A stretch of DNA of 63,532 nucleotides, filler included. It is 4 parts of 4 records of this genome, joined end to end, with 100 filler letters (N's around TTAATTAATTAA, not from the genome) between each part and the next. Parts side by side here need not be neighbours in the genome. Positions count along the whole stretch, not along the records: positions 57,175 to 63,532 come from SRR31156797_2517; 3 more parts are not named here. One strand, given 5' to 3'. Under the pieces are notes generated by a model, which made no database searches, was not told the origin of the DNA, and saw nothing but the letters and a program-made list of their open reading frames with translations. Shown here one piece after another: positions 58,488-63,532 of the stretch. Every line of letters starts with the position of its first letter. The first letter of the stretch is position 1. The translations under genes and the position numbers were made by a program.

Positions 58488-61388
58488 ATGTTAAAGAAAT
58501 TAATTAGTTTTGTTTATATACTTTTATGTTTTACAGTTTACTCAGAAACAACGGCTAATAATACGGGAATATCAACAACTACAAGCGAAGTAGTTACGAA
58601 TACGAGCCCATTAGTTAACACTGAGCAAAATTTTGAAAATAATATAGAAAATAGTGATCCTTTATTAGAAAATATTGAATTATTGGAAATGCAAGATTCA
58701 GAATCAAATATTGAAAGTGAAAAAACGGAGGAAAATGAAACTGAAGAAAAGAATAGTAAAGCTGAGCTTGAAATATATGAATTAAATGCTTACGAAGAGA
58801 TGATGGCGAAACATTTATACTCAAGAGAAGAGGCTGAATTATTCGGAAAATCACTTTTTAGTAAAGCAAATTCAAGTTTAACTCTTCCTAGTGAATTAGA
58901 AGTAGGGAAGAATTATGTACTTTCATCGGGAGATGTGTTAAAAATTACTTTATTTGGAGATGCCTTACCTAAAGAGATGCAAATGCAGAGTTATAATATA
59001 CCCTTAACTCTATCAGGTAGCTTGGTAATTCCCTCAATAGGTACGTTTAATATAAGAGGAAAAACTCTATTAGAAGCTGAAAATGAAATAGCAAAAACAG
59101 GTAGAATGAAATATCGAGATTTAAAAATAGATGTCTCTTTAGTGAAAATGAGAAGTACAAGAGTATTTGTAATGGGGGAAGTTGCAAATCCTGGAACTTA
59201 TACTTTAAATCCTTTGTCTAATTTAATTAACGCGATATATTTAGCAGGAGGAATGAGTGATAATTCAAGTATCAGAAACATCAAAATTCTGAGAAATAGC
59301 AAAACAATAAATATAGACCTATATGATTATTTATTGAAAGGTAATACAAAAGATAATGACTTGATATTGTCTGAAGGAGATACAATTTTTTTACCGGTAT
59401 TATCAAAACGAATTTCGATTAAAGGAAATGTAAAGAAGTCATATGCTTTTGAAATAAAAAATGAAAAAACAATAAATGATATATTAATAATGGCTGGCGG
59501 ATTAAATGATGTAGCGGATCGAGAAAATATTAAACTTGTCCGTGTTGAAGATGATCAAAAAGTAAGAATATTTGAAACAGATGATTTTGATTTTGAAATC
59601 AAGAATGCTGATATTATAACAATTGGTCAGATTAATGATACTCTTTCGAACGGGATAAATATAGTTGGAAATGTAGTAAAACCTGGAGTGTACGAAAAAC
59701 AAGGAAATGAAACTTTGAATCAAATGATAGAAAGAGCAGGAGGTTTTTTACCTGATACTTACTTTGAAAGAGTCGATGTACTTAGGTTGGAATCAGATAC
59801 AAGGTATGCTAAGTATAGCTATTCACTAGAAAGTGAAAATCCTGAAATATTCTCTGGGGACACAGTTTTTGTATATTCAACAAAAGATGTTGGAGCTGTA
59901 GATTATGTACGTGTTCAAGGGGCGGTAAGGCAGCCTGGAGTATATAGAATATATAAGAATTCAAAAGTTATAGATGCAATATTTATGGCTGAAGGTCTAA
60001 CTGATGAAGATGTATATATGCAAAGAGCTGATGTATATAGATTGGAAGAGGATGGTACAACGACAGTTATAAAAATCAACCTAAGAAAAGCTATCGCTGG
60101 GGATGAAACTGAGAATGTTGAGTTGAAAAAATTTGATATTATAAAAATATATGAAAATACAGATATAGATACAAGAGATTATGTCCAAGTGTTGGGAGCT
60201 GTAAGACAATCAGGAACTTATGTGCTAAACAATGAAAATAATAGATTGTCAGATATAATTTTTGAAGCTCGTGGTTTGCAGGAAAAAGATGTTTATATGG
60301 AACGAGCAACAGTATTTAGGCTCGATAAACTTGGTAATGTTCAAATGATAAATGTAAATCTTCAAACAGCTTTGAATGATGATTCGTTGGAAAGTGAAGA
60401 AGAAAATATTGAATTATTCCCTTATGATGTTGTTAAAATTTACACATATGATGAAGTAAAAGAAATTGGAAACGTGTATGTATATGGTGAGGTTAGGTCG
60501 CCAGGAGAATATGAATATTATGAAAACATGTCCATTGAGGATTTGATGTTTATATCAAAACAACCTACAATGTTTGCTGATTTAGAAGCAATTGAGATCA
60601 TTAGATTAGATCAGGAAACAAAGTTGAGAGAACAGTTTTATCTGGATTATACTAAAATTAAAGATTTTACACTTCGTGAAGAAGATAGAGTTTTTATTAG
60701 AAAAAATAAGAATTTTGAAACTGTAAAAGTTGTAAAGGTTACAGGTGAAATTAACTATCCGGGTGAATATATTTTGGAAAAAGATGAAAATATAAATACT
60801 ATTTTAGAAAGGGCCGGAGGATTAAAAAATAAAGCTTTTCCACAGGGAGCTAAAATAATTAGAGACGAAAATTTAGATCAAAACTTAGAAAGATTGAATA
60901 AAAGAGTAGTGTCAGAATTAAATAATATTCCCGTATCTAGCTCAGCGACGACAGTTTCTACTATTACTAATGAAGACACTGAAATTACAAATCTTGGATA
61001 TGATTCAAAATCAGGAGAATTCAGAAACAATTTATTATTACAAGACGGAGATGAAATCATAATTCCTTCAATTCCAAGTACAGTGAAAATAATAGGTGAA
61101 GTTTATTTTCCAAGAGAAATCGGATATGAAAACGAAAATAGTAACTTTGACTATTATTTGCAAGCCGCTGGTGGAATAACGGAAAAAGCATATGCAAAAA
61201 AAATATTCATCATTAAAGCTGATGGTAAAGTTGAAAAAAATAAAAATATGAAAATTGAACCTGGAGATACGATTGTGGTTCCACATGATCCAAGAGAGAA
61301 AGAAAGATTTGATTTCTTTAAGGATTCATTGGAATTCTTCCAATGGTTAGTAACTGTATTGACTGCATATACGTTGATAACTCAATAA
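58488..61388 (+). CDS. Polysaccharide export protein with Poly_export and multiple SLBB domains (Wza/KpsD-like)
   Basis: Signal peptide; YVLSSGD; repeated V.V.GEV..PG.Y...AGG units; C-terminal PGDTIVVP. Confidence 0.9.
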   Translation: MLKKLISFVYILLCFTVYSETTANNTGISTTTSEVVTNTSPLVNTEQNFENNIENSDPLLENIELLEMQDSESNIESEKTEENETEEKNSKAELEIYELNAYEEMMAKHLYSREEAELFGKSLFSKANSSLTLPSELEVGKNYVLSSGDVLKITLFGDALPKEMQMQSYNIPLTLSGSLVIPSIGTFNIRGKTLLEAENEIAKTGRMKYRDLKIDVSLVKMRSTRVFVMGEVANPGTYTLNPLSNLINAIYLAGGMSDNSSIRNIKILRNSKTINIDLYDYLLKGNTKDNDLILSEGDTIFLPVLSKRISIKGNVKKSYAFEIKNEKTINDILIMAGGLNDVADRENIKLVRVEDDQKVRIFETDDFDFEIKNADIITIGQINDTLSNGINIVGNVVKPGVYEKQGNETLNQMIERAGGFLPDTYFERVDVLRLESDTRYAKYSYSLESENPEIFSGDTVFVYSTKDVGAVDYVRVQGAVRQPGVYRIYKNSKVIDAIFMAEGLTDEDVYMQRADVYRLEEDGTTTVIKINLRKAIAGDETENVELKKFDIIKIYENTDIDTRDYVQVLGAVRQSGTYVLNNENNRLSDIIFEARGLQEKDVYMERATVFRLDKLGNVQMINVNLQTALNDDSLESEEENIELFPYDVVKIYTYDEVKEIGNVYVYGEVRSPGEYEYYENMSIEDLMFISKQPTMFADLEAIEIIRLDQETKLREQFYLDYTKIKDFTLREEDRVFIRKNKNFETVKVVKVTGEINYPGEYILEKDENINTILERAGGLKNKAFPQGAKIIRDENLDQNLERLNKRVVSELNNIPVSSSATTVSTITNEDTEITNLGYDSKSGEFRNNLLLQDGDEIIIPSIPSTVKIIGEVYFPREIGYENENSNFDYYLQAAGGITEKAYAKKIFIIKADGKVEKNKNMKIEPGDTIVVPHDPREKERFDFFKDSLEFFQWLVTVLTAYTLITQ

Positions 61389-61420
61389 TAGTTAACTTTA
61401 ATTATGAGAAAGAAATTCAA

Positions 61421-61568
61421 ATTAATCTTTTTGGGTTAAATCCCCCGCGCCCTGGGACGTAAAATTATTTGAAATAAAACGAGTAAATAGAATGTTTTAT
61501 TAGAATAATTTTCTTAAAGATTAAAACAAAATAGATACCCCGTCTGCTTGCAGCGTAGGTTCTTCACT
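61421..61568 (-). mobile_element. Putative non-autonomous IS200/IS605-like palindromic element (PATE/MITE)
   Basis: GC-rich imperfect hairpins at both ends (minus strand: GTGAAGAACCTACGCTGCAAGCAGACGGGGTATC ... CGTCCCAGGGCGCGGGGGATTTAACCCAAAAAGATTAA) around an AT-rich internal hairpin; no ORF. Confidence 0.55.
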
Positions 61569-61629
61569 AGGGTATAGATTATAAGTTAGAAAATTTAAAT
61601 ATGTTTTATAATGGAATGAGGGAATAAAA

Positions 61630-63459
61630 GTGGTGAATAACATAAAAATAAGAATGAGTTTAAAATTAATTTTTGATTTAATATTAATTTATTTAACATT
61701 TATAGTTTCACTTATGTTTATTTATGATGTTGAATGGATAAAGTATTATAGTGGAATTATAGTTGTTCTAATAAGTATTTATTGGATTATAGCATATAAA
61801 ATGAATTTTCATAAAAGAAGCTGGCAATATACAAGTATTTCAAATGTTTATGAAATTGTTGTAGCAAGTACTTTGTCAATGATGAGCTATTTTTTAATAT
61901 TATTTTTTACAGATAAAAATTATCCAATTAAAATATTTATTCTTCATACTTTGCTAATGATTTTATTTAGTCTTGGAATTAGATTTATTATAAGAAGTCT
62001 TCAAACAAAAAATAATAAGGATGCGTTTGAGGAAAATAAAAAAAGGGTGTTAATAATTGGAGCTGGAGATGCTGGTGAAAATATAGTCAGAGAGAGTTTA
62101 AGAAATCCAAGTTTTAAATATAAAATAATTGGTTTGATTGATGATAGTGAAAAGAAAAAAAACTTAATATTGCATGGTAAAAAAGTTTTAGGTAATAGAT
62201 ACGATATTCCTAAAATTGTTCAAAATTTTAATATTGAAGAGATAATTATTGCAATTCCATCAGCTAAAAGTGATGTGTTTCAAAATATTTTTAAACTTTG
62301 TAAACAGAGTGAAGTAGAGGTAAAAGTTGTACCTAGCTTTAATGAATTATTAAGTGGTAAGATGCTCGCATCACAACTTAGGGAAATTAGAGTAGAAGAT
62401 TTACTCGGAAGAGATACTGTAGAGGTGAATACAAATAGTATTAATAATCTTATTTCAGAAAAAGTTATTTTAATAACAGGAGGAGCTGGATCAATTGGTT
62501 CGGAATTATCTAGGCAAATAGCAAAACATAATCCTAAATTACTAATTAATGTAGATGTTAATGAAAATGCTTTATATTTTTTGGAACTAGAATTAAAAAG
62601 AATCCATTCAAATATAAATGTTATTAGTGAAATTTGTAATATTAGAGAAAGAGAAAAATTAGACTTTATATTTGAAAAATATAAACCAAATATTGTTTTT
62701 CATGCTGCAGCTCATAAACATGTACCGTTGATGGAACATAATCCAGAAGAAGCAGTTAAGAATAATATTTTTGGAAGTAAGAATGTTGTTGATTTAGCTG
62801 ATAAATATGGAGTTCAAAAATTTGTACTTATATCAACGGATAAAGCTGTTAATCCAACAAATATAATGGGAGCAACAAAGCGAGCAACCGAATTAATAAT
62901 TCAAGAGAAAAATAGAAACAGCAGAACGAGATATGTGGCTGTAAGATTTGGAAATGTGTTAGGAAGTAATGGAAGTGTTATTCCTATTTTTAAAAATTTA
63001 ATAAAACAAGGGAAAAATTTAACGGTTACTCATCCCGAAATAACGAGATATTTTATGACTATCCCTGAGGCAGCACAACTTGTACTTGAAGCAGGATTTA
63101 TTGGTGAGGGAGGAGAGGTATTTGTACTTGATATGGGAAGACCAGTCAAGATAATAGATTTAGCTAAAAACTTGATTGAACTTTCTGGATTAACACTAGG
63201 CGTAGATATAAATATAGATATAACTGGACTTAGACCGGGAGAAAAATTATTTGAAGAATTACTTTATGATACAGGTTCGGCAATAAAAACTGATAATAAA
63301 AAGATATTTATTGCAAAACTTCAAAAAGAAAATATAGATGTTAATTATTACTTAAATAAGTTGTCTAGAAATATTCAATATAATAAATATGAAGAAATTA
63401 AAGGAATATTACTTGAATTTATTACAACTTATAAAGAGCCTGAACATCATAAAAAATAA
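61630..63459 (+). CDS. Nucleoside-diphosphate sugar epimerase/dehydratase (CapD/PglF/WbpM family)
   Basis: 4 TM, GAGDAG, TGGAGSIGSEL, HAAAHKHVP, STDKAVNPTN.MGATKR, RFGNVLGS.GSV, GLRPGEKL.EEL. Confidence 0.95.
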   Translation: MVNNIKIRMSLKLIFDLILIYLTFIVSLMFIYDVEWIKYYSGIIVVLISIYWIIAYKMNFHKRSWQYTSISNVYEIVVASTLSMMSYFLILFFTDKNYPIKIFILHTLLMILFSLGIRFIIRSLQTKNNKDAFEENKKRVLIIGAGDAGENIVRESLRNPSFKYKIIGLIDDSEKKKNLILHGKKVLGNRYDIPKIVQNFNIEEIIIAIPSAKSDVFQNIFKLCKQSEVEVKVVPSFNELLSGKMLASQLREIRVEDLLGRDTVEVNTNSINNLISEKVILITGGAGSIGSELSRQIAKHNPKLLINVDVNENALYFLELELKRIHSNINVISEICNIREREKLDFIFEKYKPNIVFHAAAHKHVPLMEHNPEEAVKNNIFGSKNVVDLADKYGVQKFVLISTDKAVNPTNIMGATKRATELIIQEKNRNSRTRYVAVRFGNVLGSNGSVIPIFKNLIKQGKNLTVTHPEITRYFMTIPEAAQLVLEAGFIGEGGEVFVLDMGRPVKIIDLAKNLIELSGLTLGVDINIDITGLRPGEKLFEELLYDTGSAIKTDNKKIFIAKLQKENIDVNYYLNKLSRNIQYNKYEEIKGILLEFITTYKEPEHHKK

Positions 63460-63491
63460 AATTATGCTCCTATTTAAGGAGCATAATTTAT
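63456..63491 (+). terminator. Terminator hairpin
   Basis: ATAAAATTATGCTCCT-attt-AAGGAGCATAATTTTAT. Confidence 0.75.
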
Positions 63492-63532
63492 GTAAAAAAT
63501 TAGTAACTACTCAGGCATAAAAAACGTTGAAA

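Noticed and set aside
1..63532. CRISPR arrays, rRNA/tRNA genes, intact transposases, integrases or retrons
   Set aside because: No regularly spaced repeats, RNA-gene signatures or corresponding protein motifs were seen by eye; short divergent RNAs could have been missed.

Overview
The window is not one locus. It is four unrelated contigs joined by artificial 100-nt linkers (N44-TTAATTAATTAA-N44) at 24521-24620, 39761-39860 and 57075-57174. Contig 1 (1-24520) is from a Bacteroidota genome (T9SS C-terminal domains, TAnnTTTG promoters, weak SD use). It carries an AlbA_2 protein, NUDIX hydrolase, ankyrin lipoprotein, alpha-2-macroglobulin, a HipBA module, T9SS cargo genes (one with an in-frame TGA, plus an orphan duplicated CTD), TonB, acyl-CoA dehydrogenase, a frameshifted Uma2 nuclease, hypD, cinA, an amidase, rpmB and a TonB-dependent receptor. 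Contig 2 (24621-39760) is from a very AT-rich anaerobe, probably Fusobacteriota (inference). It carries ROK and RpiR regulators, a class III aminotransferase, a GlnK/GlnL-like two-component system with a DAACS transporter, a structured non-coding region with an antisense promoter before an XRE/Cys-protein pair, a catalytically degenerate ABC ATPase, MarR with two MATEs, pcm and LysR. Contig 3 (39861-57074) is Arcobacteraceae-like and near the origin. It carries glutaminase, a TRIC-family transporter, a complete gcvT-H-PA-PB-lipA-lpdA operon, mcrC-mcrB in reversed order with an atypical McrB N-terminus, ybcL/AraC, a two-component system, purN, ruvC, oriC1 and dnaA. Contig 4 (57175-63532) is the start of a capsule/O-antigen locus (Wzz-like, multi-SLBB exporter, CapD/PglF) with a small IS200/IS605-like palindromic element. 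I saw no CRISPR array, rRNA, tRNA, reverse transcriptase or intact transposase. The best candidates for something new are the antisense-RNA/XRE cassette (about 32830-33800), the reversed McrCB variant, the dead ABC ATPase and the T9SS CTD duplication. All calls come from reading motifs by eye; no database searches were run.
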